From Methanobacterium sp. (GTDB taxonomy: Archaea > Methanobacteriota > Methanobacteria > Methanobacteriales > Methanobacteriaceae), in the NCBI GenBank assembly GCA_003166335.1, contig PMWA01000104.1:6918-48381 (forward strand): DNA of 41,464 bases. The letters are read 5' to 3'. Positions 28,940 through 39,635 of the stretch are shown one piece after another (position 1 is the stretch's first letter; each line of letters starts with the position of its first letter). Both the position numbers and the translations under genes were made by a program. The notes beneath the pieces are model-generated. The model had not been told where the DNA came from, ran no database searches, and was given only the letters and a program-made list of their open reading frames with translations.

Positions 28940-29584
28940 CTAAGCCTCCATTTCCATGGTTTTCTTTATCATCTTAAGCCGTACAAAGTTCTCTCTGTCC
29001 ATTTCCTCTAGTCTCATCTCGATATACTTCACAGTATTTTTGATTCTAGGAATTATTATGTGTTCTAAAGCGTTAACTCTTCTTTTAGTTGATTCTATCT
29101 CGCCAGCCAGTAGTATAATAGTCTTTTCAACTTCTGCTAATTCTATTATAAGGGCTATAGATTCTTCAAATTCTTTTGCAGCTTCATCCAGTTTAACCGA
29201 CGTGTCCATAAATCCATATCCTCTCTCAACAATATTTCTTTTTTGGACGTCATAATCCATTACTGGTACCACTACACCCATAATACTTCTAGATTCAATA
29301 TCCACATTAACTGATTCTTTAACAGACATGGCAGCTTTTCGAACAGCTAAGTCACCCATTATAATCTGTGCTGCAGTTAAATCTTTATAAGCATCTATAA
29401 GTTTTTCAGATACATTTTCACGGGATCCCTTCACTCGTTCTAATATATTGAAGAACTCCATAATTAGGGCATTTCGCTTCTCTTTTAGAAGACTATGACC
29501 TTTAATCGCTAATTTTTCCCTTTGTTTTAATTTTAGAAGTTCCATCCTTGTTGGATTTATACCTTCTATCATTTCTTGTGCCAT
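28940..29584 (-). CDS. atpD: A1AO ATP synthase subunit D
   Basis: [45 protein letters not shown]. Confidence 0.97.
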   Translation of the reverse strand: MAQEMIEGINPTRMELLKLKQREKLAIKGHSLLKEKRNALIMEFFNILERVKGSRENVSEKLIDAYKDLTAAQIIMGDLAVRKAAMSVKESVNVDIESRSIMGVVVPVMDYDVQKRNIVERGYGFMDTSVKLDEAAKEFEESIALIIELAEVEKTIILLAGEIESTKRRVNALEHIIIPRIKNTVKYIEMRLEEMDRENFVRLKMIKKTMEMEA

Positions 29585-29620
29585 TTTTATCACTCTATAA
29601 AAAATAGAATAGATTTTTTT

Positions 29621-31012
29621 TTATTTATAAGCAGGGTGATATTTAGGAATATGCTCTGCACGGACTCTTTTAAGCTCTGTTTCAGGTAAAAGGCTCAATA
29701 ACTCCCAACCCATGTCTAATGTTTCCTGTATAGACCTGTCTTCATCTTTGGTTTGAGTGATGAATTTATTCTCAAAATCATCGGCAAAACTCAAAAATTT
29801 ACGGTCACGTTCGGTTAATGCTTCTTCACCTACAACAGCCATCAAATCTCTTAAATCACGTCCTTCAGCGTAAGCTGAATATAACTGATCTGATACACCG
29901 CTGTGATCTTCCCTGGTTCTTTCCTCACCTATACCACCACTCATCAATCTTGAAAGTGATGGTAACACATCTACTGGTGGGAATATACCTTTACGATGCA
30001 ATTCTCTGGATAGAACGATCTGTCCTTCGGTAATATAACCAGTAAGATCTGGTATAGGATGAGTAATATCATCCTGGGGCATGACTAAGATAGGCATTTG
30101 GGTGATGGAACCTTCTTTACCAGTGATACGGCCAGCTCGTTCATAAAGACTAGCTAAATCAGTGTACATGTAACCAGGATACCCTCTTCTACCCGGAACT
30201 TCGTCACGAGCAGCGGAAATCTCCCGCAATGCTTCAGCATAGTTAGTCATATCAGTCAAAATGACCAGAACATGCATATCATGTTCAAATGCGAAGTACT
30301 CCGCTGTAGTAAGGGCCATTCGGGGAGTAATGATTCTTTCAATAGCTGGATCATCAGCCAAGTTCAAGAAAACGGTAACTCTCTCTAATGCTCCTGTTCT
30401 TTCAAAATCTCGCATGAAATAATTAGCTTCTTCATGGGTAATACCCATAGCTGCGAATATAACGGAGAATTCGGTTTCTTCAGCTACAACTTTAGCCTGC
30501 CGGGCAATCTGAGCGGCCAGTTCATTGTGAGGTAATCCAGATCCAGAAAAGATAGGTAATTTTTGCCCTCTAACTAAGGTGTTCATACCGTCAATAGTTG
30601 ATATACCGGTTTGTATAAACTCAGCAGGGAAATCTCTAGCTGAAGGATTCATAGGACTTCCATTAATATCTAATTCCATATCTGGTATGATTTCAGGCCC
30701 TCCATCTATAGGATTACCAGTACCACCGAATACTCTTCCTAACATATCCAGTGAAACACCAATATGGGCGGTTTCACCAGTAAATCGAACCTTGGTTGTA
30801 GAAGTGTTCAGATCTCTAGTTCCTTCAAAGACCTGTACTACAGCAATATCTCCTTTAACTTCTAAAACTTGCCCTCTTCTCATCAGTCCAGAGGGAGTTT
30901 CAATATCCACTATCTCATTGTAAGCAACACCTTCTACACCTTCAACGATCATAAGAGGACCAGCAACTTCAGATACTGTTGTATATTCCCTTGTTTTAAT
31001 ATTAGCCTTCAT
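29621..31012 (-). CDS. atpB: A1AO ATP synthase subunit B
   Basis: [42 protein letters not shown]. Confidence 0.98.
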   Translation of the reverse strand: MKANIKTREYTTVSEVAGPLMIVEGVEGVAYNEIVDIETPSGLMRRGQVLEVKGDIAVVQVFEGTRDLNTSTTKVRFTGETAHIGVSLDMLGRVFGGTGNPIDGGPEIIPDMELDINGSPMNPSARDFPAEFIQTGISTIDGMNTLVRGQKLPIFSGSGLPHNELAAQIARQAKVVAEETEFSVIFAAMGITHEEANYFMRDFERTGALERVTVFLNLADDPAIERIITPRMALTTAEYFAFEHDMHVLVILTDMTNYAEALREISAARDEVPGRRGYPGYMYTDLASLYERAGRITGKEGSITQMPILVMPQDDITHPIPDLTGYITEGQIVLSRELHRKGIFPPVDVLPSLSRLMSGGIGEERTREDHSGVSDQLYSAYAEGRDLRDLMAVVGEEALTERDRKFLSFADDFENKFITQTKDEDRSIQETLDMGWELLSLLPETELKRVRAEHIPKYHPAYK

Positions 31013-31014
31013 TT

Positions 31015-32769
31015 TTATACCTCATTAGTTTGTTTAACTATTAAATCCTGGATCTCTTTGATTTTTTCATCAAATTCAGCTTCAGGAATGTATTTCATTT
31101 TACCAATATCATCTTTAACAGTTAAAGCGGTAAGACTATCTGGGGCTGCGCCTCGATCCAGCGCAGCAGTAGCATGCTCTTGGAACATTATAATGGTTTT
31201 AATCATCTGATACTGTTTAGATGGCGAACAGTAAGTATCTACTTCATGATAAGCGTTCTGTTGTAGGAAATCTTCCCTAATCATGCGGGTACTTTCTAGA
31301 GTTATTCTTTCCTTGTCAGGTAAAGCGTCTGGTCCTACTAGTTGAACGATCTCCTGTAATTCTGATTCTTTCTGCAGTAAAACCATTGCTTCATCTCTAA
31401 TTCTTCTCCAGTTTTCATCAATAGATTCTTTCCACCATCCTTCTATACTATCAATGTAAAGGGAGTAGCTCTGCAACCAGTCTATGGCTGGAAAGTGCCT
31501 TTTATCTGCAAGTGAAGCATCTAAAGCCCAGAATACTTTACAAATACGCAGTGTGTTCTGAGTTACTGGTTCAGAGAGATCTCCACCAGGTGGTGATACT
31601 GCTCCAACTACGCTTACAGATGATATTTTATCCTCAGTACCTACTGTGGTTACTCGACCCGCTCGTTCGTAGAACTGTGCTAATCGTGATGCTAGGTATG
31701 CAGGATATCCTTCTTCACCAGGCATTTCCTCTAATCTTCCTGAGATTTCTCTCATAGCTTCAGCCCAACGGGAGGTAGAATCTGCCATAAGAGCTACATC
31801 GTATCCCATATCCCTGAAATATTCAGCTATCGTAATTCCAGTATATACACAGGCTTCCCTAGCTGCTACTGGCATGTTAGATGTGTTAGCAATAAGTATT
31901 GTTCGGTCCATAAGTGGGTTTCCTGTTTTAGGGTCTTCTAACTCTGGAAATTCTTTTAAAACTTCAGTCATCTCATTCCCACGTTCTCCACATCCCACAT
32001 AGACAATGATATCAGCATCTGCCCATTTAGCTAACTGTTGTTGGGTTACTGTTTTTCCTGATCCAAATGGACCGGGTATAGCTGCAGTTCCGCCTTTAGC
32101 CATAGGGAAAAAAGTATCTTGAGCTCTTTGACCCGTAACTAATGGTATATCTGGGTCTAATTTATTTTTATATGGTCTTCCTGTTCGTACAGGCCATTTA
32201 TGCATCATTTGAATTTTAGTTGTACCATTGGGGCTTTCTAATTCTGCAATATCTTCTTCAACTGTATATTCTCCTTCTGTTATGATGCTTTTTAAAGTAC
32301 CGGATATATTAGGTGGTATCATTATTTTTTGTTTTACAGTTGAAGTTTCCTGTACTTCTCCTATTACATCTCCACCTTTTAATTCATCATTAACCTTCAC
32401 GGTAGGAACGAACTTCCATTTTTTGTCTTTAGGTAAAGCTGGAACATCTATTCCTCTTTTAATATAATTTCCAGTAAGACTTTTGATGGTTTTTAATGGT
32501 CTTTGAATACCATCAAATATGGAACCGATGATTCCGGGTCCTAATTCCACTGATAATGGTCCTCCTGTACTTTCCACAATTTCTCCAGGCTTCATACCTG
32601 CAGTTTCCTCGTAGACTTGGATGGTTGCATTGTCGCCTTCAAGTTCGATTATTTCACCGATGAGTTTGCTTGTACCAACTTTCACCATCTCGTACATTTG
32701 AGTCCCTCTCATACCACTGGCGGTAATAACAGGGCCTGCTATCTTTATTATTTTTCCTTCTGTAATCAT
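31015..32769 (-). CDS. atpA: A1AO ATP synthase subunit A (catalytic, no intein)
   Basis: P-loop [31 protein letters not shown]; 584 aa. Confidence 0.98.
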   Translation of the reverse strand: MITEGKIIKIAGPVITASGMRGTQMYEMVKVGTSKLIGEIIELEGDNATIQVYEETAGMKPGEIVESTGGPLSVELGPGIIGSIFDGIQRPLKTIKSLTGNYIKRGIDVPALPKDKKWKFVPTVKVNDELKGGDVIGEVQETSTVKQKIMIPPNISGTLKSIITEGEYTVEEDIAELESPNGTTKIQMMHKWPVRTGRPYKNKLDPDIPLVTGQRAQDTFFPMAKGGTAAIPGPFGSGKTVTQQQLAKWADADIIVYVGCGERGNEMTEVLKEFPELEDPKTGNPLMDRTILIANTSNMPVAAREACVYTGITIAEYFRDMGYDVALMADSTSRWAEAMREISGRLEEMPGEEGYPAYLASRLAQFYERAGRVTTVGTEDKISSVSVVGAVSPPGGDLSEPVTQNTLRICKVFWALDASLADKRHFPAIDWLQSYSLYIDSIEGWWKESIDENWRRIRDEAMVLLQKESELQEIVQLVGPDALPDKERITLESTRMIREDFLQQNAYHEVDTYCSPSKQYQMIKTIIMFQEHATAALDRGAAPDSLTALTVKDDIGKMKYIPEAEFDEKIKEIQDLIVKQTNEV

Positions 32770-33086
32770 TTTATCATCTCAACACCAATTACTCTTTTTA
32801 TAAGTTTACTCAATGGTTCAGCTTCTCTTTCAATTGAACCTGTTTTATCCGGTATTTCAATTATCATAGGCAATGTTCTTTCCTTAGTCAATTTATCAAT
32901 AGTAGTTCTAATTTCATCACCTATCTTTTCAGTGATTATAATAATGGAAAAATCAGTTTTAATGAGTTTTTCAAGTGTTTGTTCTGCTTCTTCCAGATTT
33001 CTAACAGGATAACCCTCTTTAATGCCTCCTAGCATGAAACCGGTGACTGTATCTGGATCACCCATAACGGCAATGTTTGATTTCAT
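32766..33086 (-). CDS. atpF: A1AO ATP synthase subunit F
   Basis: [29 protein letters not shown]. Confidence 0.96.
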   Translation of the reverse strand: MKSNIAVMGDPDTVTGFMLGGIKEGYPVRNLEEAEQTLEKLIKTDFSIIIITEKIGDEIRTTIDKLTKERTLPMIIEIPDKTGSIEREAEPLSKLIKRVIGVEMIK

Positions 33087-34249
33087 ATTAACATCTCCTT
33101 AATCATTGAAGAAGTGAAAGTTGCTTCTCTTTTACCCCGAGCTATGATTTTTAAATTCTTAATTTCAACTTCTTTACTATTTAAAAAACCAATCATAGGT
33201 CCAATTCCAAACTGATTTTTTAAAGCTATTTTTTTTGCTTCTTGATTAACGTGATCATCCAGCACAGTTTCAAAAGTTGCTACTGATCCAGTTTCTGAAT
33301 ACTTTGATAACCCTTCAGAAAGTAATGGAGCATAATCTGTACCTTCTAAGCCATTAATTACTCCGGCAACATCTTCAGCTTCCATAAGATCTTTTAACTT
33401 CCATTGTCTGATTTGATAACCATCTGAAATCATATAGGGTTCTACATCATCAAATCTTAAACCATCTACTTTGGCTCTTAAAATAGTCTTAATATTATTA
33501 GCATCCACTATGTTCCCCACATATTTATGTAGAAAAGAAGTATTGTCCTCTTCAGGAGTTGCTGTTGTTCTTAAAAGATTTTCAAGTAAATATTTCTCAA
33601 GAGAAGCCTCTAAGGGTAGTAAAACTCCTGTTTCTTCATATGCTGGAATTAGATCCTCCAATATTCGAGGATATTCTGTTCCTTCAAGTCCAGATAAAAC
33701 ATCATTAATATTTTCACCATCGATCAGTGTATCAAGCTTATCATTTAGTGTCCCGAATGGTACGATGAATTCCAAAGTTTCTTCCCTACTTAAACCTGCT
33801 TTTTTAGCGATTAGTATACTTTTAATATTTTTTATATCCCATTTCTTTAATAAAAAAGTGAATGCTTCTTTACTGTTATCAGGAGCTATTCTAGCAATCA
33901 AATCATATGTTTCTGCAAGTTGAGTGTCTAAGACCTTCTCTAGAGAATATTTATCAATGTACTTAGCATAGTCAGGAACTCCTCTGAGATAATTTTTCAT
34001 CTCTTCAATGTCATTGGATTCAATGATCTCTGAGAAATCTTTCTCTTTGAACAACCTTCCCATCCGACCCCTAACCCTTGCATTAGGATAAGTGTATGGA
34101 TATATATCTAACACGGGTTTAATGGTCGATACAACCACTATAACTGATACAACTGCCAGTACTATGAATAATAATGCTAAAAAAGATTCCGTGGAGGGAA
34201 ATCCTAGCGTAGAAATTATTGAAGTTAATGTACCAACATCTACTACCAT
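33083..34249 (-). CDS. atpC: A1AO ATP synthase subunit C
   Basis: YPNARVR, WDIKNIK, DANNIK.ILRAK, KEVEIKNLK.I; hydrophobic N-terminal extension. Confidence 0.95.
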   Translation of the reverse strand: MVVDVGTLTSIISTLGFPSTESFLALLFIVLAVVSVIVVVSTIKPVLDIYPYTYPNARVRGRMGRLFKEKDFSEIIESNDIEEMKNYLRGVPDYAKYIDKYSLEKVLDTQLAETYDLIARIAPDNSKEAFTFLLKKWDIKNIKSILIAKKAGLSREETLEFIVPFGTLNDKLDTLIDGENINDVLSGLEGTEYPRILEDLIPAYEETGVLLPLEASLEKYLLENLLRTTATPEEDNTSFLHKYVGNIVDANNIKTILRAKVDGLRFDDVEPYMISDGYQIRQWKLKDLMEAEDVAGVINGLEGTDYAPLLSEGLSKYSETGSVATFETVLDDHVNQEAKKIALKNQFGIGPMIGFLNSKEVEIKNLKIIARGKREATFTSSMIKEMLI

Positions 34250-34263
34250 GTAAAATCTCCTCC

Positions 34264-34887
34264 TTATTTAAACAGTATCTTTGCCACTTCTGATCTGAGG
34301 GTTTTCTTATAACGTAATAATCTTGTTTCTATAGTATTGTTAACTTCTATCTCACCATTTTTGGTTTTAACAATAACTCCTCCAATGGTGTTAATATTAT
34401 CTCCAATCTCTAAGATAGTTTTAATACCAATTTTATTAGTGACATCCTTTTCGATAGATGCAATAGAATCTTCTATTTTAGGCAAGTCGTCTTTTTTGAG
34501 GAGAACTATCAGTTCTCCTCCTCCTATTTCTATAGCAGCTTCAGTTATAATTCCTTTAAGAGATTCTAAATATTCCAATGATTCAGAGGATGCGATTTCT
34601 TTAAGCTTTTCTTCAGCTTTTTTAAATGATTCCTCTATCACTTCTTCTCTAGCTTCAAGCTCCATCCTTCTGGAATTCATCTTAGCTTCAGAGATTACCT
34701 GCTGATATTTTAAATTAGCCTGTTTTTCAGCCTCTGACAAGATTTTATTTTTCTCAATTAAAGCCTTTTCTTCACCTTGTAACAAAATTGAGCTAACTTT
34801 CTTTTCAGCTTCATCAGTTAAAGTTTTAGCTTTAATTTGAGCATCAGATACTATACTTGAGACTATCTTATCTGTCCCGGTGCTCAT
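34264..34887 (-). CDS. atpE: A1AO ATP synthase subunit E
   Basis: Coiled-coil N-terminus; IGGVIV..VNNTIETRL..VAKILF; operon position. Confidence 0.95.
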   Translation of the reverse strand: MSTGTDKIVSSIVSDAQIKAKTLTDEAEKKVSSILLQGEEKALIEKNKILSEAEKQANLKYQQVISEAKMNSRRMELEAREEVIEESFKKAEEKLKEIASSESLEYLESLKGIITEAAIEIGGGELIVLLKKDDLPKIEDSIASIEKDVTNKIGIKTILEIGDNINTIGGVIVKTKNGEIEVNNTIETRLLRYKKTLRSEVAKILFK

Positions 34888-34890
34888 TTC

Positions 34891-35379
34891 TTATCCTCCG
34901 AGAATTCCACCAAAGACTAGTAAAAGTATAGCAATCAGGAAACCGTAGATTGCTTGTGTCTCGGAGATTGCGGTGAATATTACACCTCTAGCAAACATCT
35001 CAGGATCTTCCACTACTGCTCCTGCAGCAGTTGATGCAGTTATACCTTGACCCATACCAGATCCTAAACAAGCAAATCCAACCGCAGCACCTGCTCCAAT
35101 TGCTACTAAACCTGCGTCAATAGTTAATCCTTTACCTCCACCTAATAAACCTGAAAATACTAGTAATAGTATAGCAATCAGGAAACCGTAGATTGCTTGT
35201 GTTTCTGGAAGAGCAGTGAATATAAGAGCCCGTGCAAACATGTCGGGGTCTTCTGCTACAGCACCTACACTTCCTGATGCTGCTATTCCTTGTCCTATAC
35301 CTGATCCTAAAGCAGCCATACCTACGGCTACACCTGCGCCGATTGCTGCTAAAGCTGTTCCTAAAACTACTTCAACCAT
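34891..35379 (-). CDS. atpK: A1AO ATP synthase subunit K (c), duplicated two-hairpin proteolipid
   Basis: Two 81-codon repeats, each with G.GQG and ETQAIYG (Na+-site-type Q/E/T/Y in both hairpins). Confidence 0.97.
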   Translation of the reverse strand: MVEVVLGTALAAIGAGVAVGMAALGSGIGQGIAASGSVGAVAEDPDMFARALIFTALPETQAIYGFLIAILLLVFSGLLGGGKGLTIDAGLVAIGAGAAVGFACLGSGMGQGITASTAAGAVVEDPEMFARGVIFTAISETQAIYGFLIAILLLVFGGILGG

Positions 35380-35384
35380 TTTTT

Positions 35385-37379
35385 TTACCTCCTAATATTA
35401 GTATATTTTCTTCTGGCGCGGAAAGCCTTAAATTTATGACCTCCGCCTATGAAAAATTGACCAAAATATTCAACATAATGTAAACGCAAAGCGTTTATGA
35501 AAGCACCCAGACTCATGAATGCACCGACAGCTATATGTCCCAAGACGAAAATTATGGGCGCTAGTATGAGTCCTATAATGGGTAACATAACAATTGACAA
35601 ATGAGTTAAAATATTAACCGTAATAGCCATTCCACCTGTGGAAAGACATAATGCTAGGAGCCTACTATATGACAAGAGTGTTCCTAAAAATCCAGTAATA
35701 TCCATGAAACCTAAAAATCCATTGAAATACATTAGCAAGGCAAGGGTTGCTATAAGGAAAGGAGCCAAACCATAGAGTGATCCAGTTAATAAATATATTG
35801 CTACACCTGCTAAAAGGACTAACCATGGTACTTGCGAACCAAGTGCGTCTTTAGTTGCTCCTCTGGTTATATTATTATAGGTACCCACTGATAAACCAAT
35901 TGTAATGTGAATTGCACCAACTAATAAAGCAATAATTAAAATATTTTGTGGGAATACAAAGGCGTTTATTGACGGTATTGTTATTGGATTATTTACTGGT
36001 ATGAAATTACCTATGGCTCCTGAACCGAAAAGATTGCCTATGAAACCATTAGTAATATCCCCTAAGATTAATGTCCAAGCACCACATGCTACTAAAATTA
36101 AACCAAAACCTCGCATTAACTTATTATTCTTCCCCAATCCTATGAATAAAATTGCACCTATAATTAAATCTACTAATCCATAGCCTGCATCTGTGAGACA
36201 GAATCCAAAGAAGAAGGGGAATACTATAGCCATTAGAATAGTGGGATCAAATTCTCTGTAACTTGGAGGAGAATACATCTTCACGAACAATTCATAAGGT
36301 TTGGCAAAACTGGGGTTATCCAGATGGATTGGTATATCATCGTTTTCAATATCTGGATCAGAAACTTCAACCACCGAATTTCCTTCAGTAGATTTTTCAA
36401 TGATATCAAGCGCATTTTGCAGTTTTTTCTCGGTTACCCAACCTTCTAGCATAACTGTATTATTTGTTTCACCAAATGAAGTGAATATTTCACTACGTTG
36501 TTTCTCTATTTCTAGTTGCTCTTTGTAAGCTTTAAATTCAGGAAACCACTCGGTAGATATAACTGCTAAATCTTTTTTAATTAATTCTTTTTCTTGTTTT
36601 ATGGATTCAATGTGTGATTCTGATTCTGTTATAATGTCATTAGGCTTTCCAGACAATCCTGAAAATTCAAATTTTTCAAATTCAACTTTTCTCAATATAT
36701 TGGAAACTTCATCTTCAAGTTTCTTCAGAGAAATTAAAATGAGAATTTTAAAATCTTTTTCAACCGCATCATAATCGAAAATTACAATTTCATCGCTCCT
36801 TAAGTCTTTTAAATTGTCTTTAAATTTTATTAAAGCTTCATCACTTATTTTACCGAGGATAAATGATACGTTTTTTAATCCTTGTAAATCAGCTAGATTA
36901 ATGTCTATATTTATTAGATTTTCAGCTACTTTATGGGCATTTTTTAGTTTAGTTTTTTCGGAATCGAGGTTATTTAATTTTTTAGTGAGTGGATTCGTTT
37001 TTGATTCGACTTTTTCAATTAAATCTCCTACCTTATCTAAAACTTCTTCAACACTCAACTCTTTTATTTCTTTTTTTTCGGTGGGAGGAGGGTTTACAAT
37101 ACTTTTAATAAGGGACGGGATGCCGTTATTCCGCTCGCGTACAGATTTTAAGAAATCTGTAATGCTTGTTGTTTTCATTAGAAGAGAGGAAACTTTACCA
37201 AGATGAGGTGTGGCTCGCCCGGGTTTGAATATTTGTTTCCACTCTGCATCTTCTTGTATACGCTCGGATATATCTTGGATTTGTACTAAACTCGCTTCAT
37301 GTAGTGAACGCACTGCAGAATCGGTGTATTTATCCAAGGTTATTATACTGAGCTTCTTCATATTGGCTGGTCTGAACAT
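35385..37379 (-). CDS. atpI: A1AO ATP synthase subunit I (a)
   Basis: MFRP..M, PSYREFDPT, FFGFCLTDAGYG, SYSRLLAL, ALRLHYVE.F; ATG 37379. Confidence 0.97.
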   Translation of the reverse strand: MFRPANMKKLSIITLDKYTDSAVRSLHEASLVQIQDISERIQEDAEWKQIFKPGRATPHLGKVSSLLMKTTSITDFLKSVRERNNGIPSLIKSIVNPPPTEKKEIKELSVEEVLDKVGDLIEKVESKTNPLTKKLNNLDSEKTKLKNAHKVAENLINIDINLADLQGLKNVSFILGKISDEALIKFKDNLKDLRSDEIVIFDYDAVEKDFKILILISLKKLEDEVSNILRKVEFEKFEFSGLSGKPNDIITESESHIESIKQEKELIKKDLAVISTEWFPEFKAYKEQLEIEKQRSEIFTSFGETNNTVMLEGWVTEKKLQNALDIIEKSTEGNSVVEVSDPDIENDDIPIHLDNPSFAKPYELFVKMYSPPSYREFDPTILMAIVFPFFFGFCLTDAGYGLVDLIIGAILFIGLGKNNKLMRGFGLILVACGAWTLILGDITNGFIGNLFGSGAIGNFIPVNNPITIPSINAFVFPQNILIIALLVGAIHITIGLSVGTYNNITRGATKDALGSQVPWLVLLAGVAIYLLTGSLYGLAPFLIATLALLMYFNGFLGFMDITGFLGTLLSYSRLLALCLSTGGMAITVNILTHLSIVMLPIIGLILAPIIFVLGHIAVGAFMSLGAFINALRLHYVEYFGQFFIGGGHKFKAFRARRKYTNIRR

Positions 37380-37388
37380 GATGTTCAC

Positions 37389-37703
37389 TTATAAAATCTT
37401 TTTTACTATAACTTCTGCACCGTCTTCAATTTTATCTGCGGCCTTTTTCTTCATTAGCTCTATTTTTTCAGCAGTTTTATTAGATATTTGATACGCTTCT
37501 TTTTGGACTTTAGTATCAGATTCGAATATTATTTTTTCAGCTTCAGTGTGTGCTTCGTCTTTTGTTTTCTCTATAATCATCTTTGATTTAGATTCAGCAT
37601 CTTGTATTAATTCAGAAGATTGCTTCTCAGTATCTTCAATTAATTTATCAGCGTCATTTTCAGCCTTTTTAATGGTTGTAATAGCTTCCGATATCGTTGT
37701 CAT
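37389..37703 (-). CDS. atpH: A1AO ATP synthase subunit H (G-like stalk)
   Basis: IKKAENDAD helical pattern; first gene of the operon; GGTGAT SD. Confidence 0.9.
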   Translation of the reverse strand: MTTISEAITTIKKAENDADKLIEDTEKQSSELIQDAESKSKMIIEKTKDEAHTEAEKIIFESDTKVQKEAYQISNKTAEKIELMKKKAADKIEDGAEVIVKKIL

Positions 37704-37737
37704 TTTATCACCATAATATTCGAAAATTTCTTGTATA

Positions 37738-37754
37738 CTATATATATCTTTTAC
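37738..37754 (-). promoter_or_regulatory. BRE/TATA promoter of the atp operon
   Basis: GTAAAAGATATATATAG on the minus strand, ~35 nt upstream of the atpH ATG. Confidence 0.6.
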
Positions 37755-37790
37755 TATTTAATTTTCAATAATGATTAATCATTATAGTTA

Positions 37791-38642
37791 TTATCGGTTT
37801 TCGGGCGATCTGAATCTCTTACTCAGAAATCTTTCATCAACACCATTATAGTAAATCTCGTCTATTCCAAAAAACTTTCTAAATGGAGGTTCTCTAGTTT
37901 TCTCCTCGTATATATGAGAAATTAAGCCTGGAAGTCTTCCTATCATAAAAATCCCGGCTCCTAATTGCCAATCAAATGCCATATCTGATAGAATTCCAGC
38001 ATTAGCACCATCTACATTCATCTTGATACCTTTTATATCAGAAATAATCTCTTGTATAGCGAGTGCTAGTTGGGTATGGATACCGCAAAAACCATATTTC
38101 TGGGCTATTTCTATGAGTTTAGGTGCTCTGGGATCTTCATTATGATAGCGATGGCCGAAACCAGGTATTTTACGATTATTCTGAACAAATTTATCAATCA
38201 GGACTTCCGCAATCTTTTTAACATCTTTAGGAGAATCTAAAGGTTCTGTGTATTCTTTAACTCCTTCCTGTAAAAGTTTCATACAATTCTCCAGAGCACC
38301 GGCATGATGTTCCCCAAAAGATAGAATACCTCCAGATACACAGTTATTCAAGGGAGATCCAGTGGAAGCCATTAGTCGCGCCACTTGGGTGCTGGGTGGG
38401 GTTACTCCGTGATCACAGAAGGATACTAAAATTGCTTCTAGCATCCTAGACTCTTTTTTGGATGGCAAATTGCCCGTTATTAATAAATAAATCATTTCGG
38501 GAAATGATAATGTTCCGATTAGATCCTCTAATGGGTAACCTCTAGTCGAGATCTTATTTGATTCTATTCTGGTTATGGAGGTTTTCCATTTAGTAGTCTT
38601 GAATTTAAGTAACTTTTCTACACTTTCTCTTCCAATCGCCAT
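37791..38642 (-). CDS. citrate-synthase-fold protein (short, citryl-CoA-lyase-like)
   Basis: DHGVTPPST, GEHHAGA, PGFGHR, DPR, NVDG, GR..GL..H. Confidence 0.9.
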   Translation of the reverse strand: MAIGRESVEKLLKFKTTKWKTSITRIESNKISTRGYPLEDLIGTLSFPEMIYLLITGNLPSKKESRMLEAILVSFCDHGVTPPSTQVARLMASTGSPLNNCVSGGILSFGEHHAGALENCMKLLQEGVKEYTEPLDSPKDVKKIAEVLIDKFVQNNRKIPGFGHRYHNEDPRAPKLIEIAQKYGFCGIHTQLALAIQEIISDIKGIKMNVDGANAGILSDMAFDWQLGAGIFMIGRLPGLISHIYEEKTREPPFRKFFGIDEIYYNGVDERFLSKRFRSPENR

Positions 38643-38667
38643 TTATAAATCACCACAAAACATCTGA

Positions 38668-39522
38668 TTAAAGATTAAAAGATGATATTCTCGGTTCAAC
38701 ACAACAGCATGGTCTCATGCATAATATACGAACTCCACTGGCCCTTTGAGGCCCTATTTTTACAAGAGATCCAAGGGCAGTTACTGAACCACCTATACCC
38801 AGTGCTCCGATATCAGAATTGTTAATCGATTGAGTTATTTTATTTTCTATTTCGGATTGTTCCTTTAGGTTTTCATATATCATGGCTTTAAGCATCAGAG
38901 TAGTTGCTTCAAAATGGGTTCTACCAATACCCACAGCCGGTATACATGGAGTACAACCTAATTTTGGAAGTTCTAAGGTCATATAATTAACTACTTTTCC
39001 AAATACTTTCATATGATCTCGTTTATGAAAAACTCGATAAGTATTAGCTCTAATCTCGGGACCCCCACCCAACATGAGAATATGGATTCTAACTTCTTCT
39101 GGGTTTCCTTCCGGAGTCATTTCATCGATTAAGAATGATGGAGATATAACTTTACCGGGATCAATATATAAGCCCTTTTTTTGTTCAATTCTTCCAATTT
39201 CATCACCCTTAACCGCCATGGGTCTTCCGGGAAGCTCGTTTAAACCTTTCTTTATACCCTCTTTTATCTGCCTTATAAAGTTTACTGGTAAAAAAGCATT
39301 TCTTCCCATTTCCACTATAACGTGGGGTATACCCGTATCATCACAGAGAGGTAATTTATTTTTATGAGCTATACGAGCATTTTTTATTAAAAGTTCCAGA
39401 ATCCAGTAAGCTTGTTGGTTAGTTTCATTTTCCAATGCTTTCTGGTAGGCATATATTTGATCATCACGGAAAGTGGTGCTGGCCTCAATAACTGCTTCTT
39501 TAACTTTATTCACTAAATTCAT
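38668..39522 (-). CDS. Fe-S hydro-lyase alpha subunit (class I fumarase / tartrate dehydratase alpha-like)
   Basis: PLCDDTG, GGGPE, GCTP, GALGIGG, C-terminal PCCC..PR. Confidence 0.85.
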   Translation of the reverse strand: MNLVNKVKEAVIEASTTFRDDQIYAYQKALENETNQQAYWILELLIKNARIAHKNKLPLCDDTGIPHVIVEMGRNAFLPVNFIRQIKEGIKKGLNELPGRPMAVKGDEIGRIEQKKGLYIDPGKVISPSFLIDEMTPEGNPEEVRIHILMLGGGPEIRANTYRVFHKRDHMKVFGKVVNYMTLELPKLGCTPCIPAVGIGRTHFEATTLMLKAMIYENLKEQSEIENKITQSINNSDIGALGIGGSVTALGSLVKIGPQRASGVRILCMRPCCCVEPRISSFNL

Positions 39523-39635
39523 TTTTTTTAATTACCATCCCATTTTAATTGTAAGAAATATATTTTTTTATTCTTAAAATTATCCCAAAATTATTTAAAT
39601 TTAATTAGTCTGGAAATTAATCATTTTATTTAGAT

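Noticed and set aside
31015..32769. Intein in atpA
   Set aside because: Normal length, and the GKTV|TQQ region after the P-loop is uninterrupted.
28956..39367. Plus-strand ORFs overlapping the atp operon and neighbouring genes
   Set aside because: Antisense shadows of well-supported genes; no SD or family motifs.
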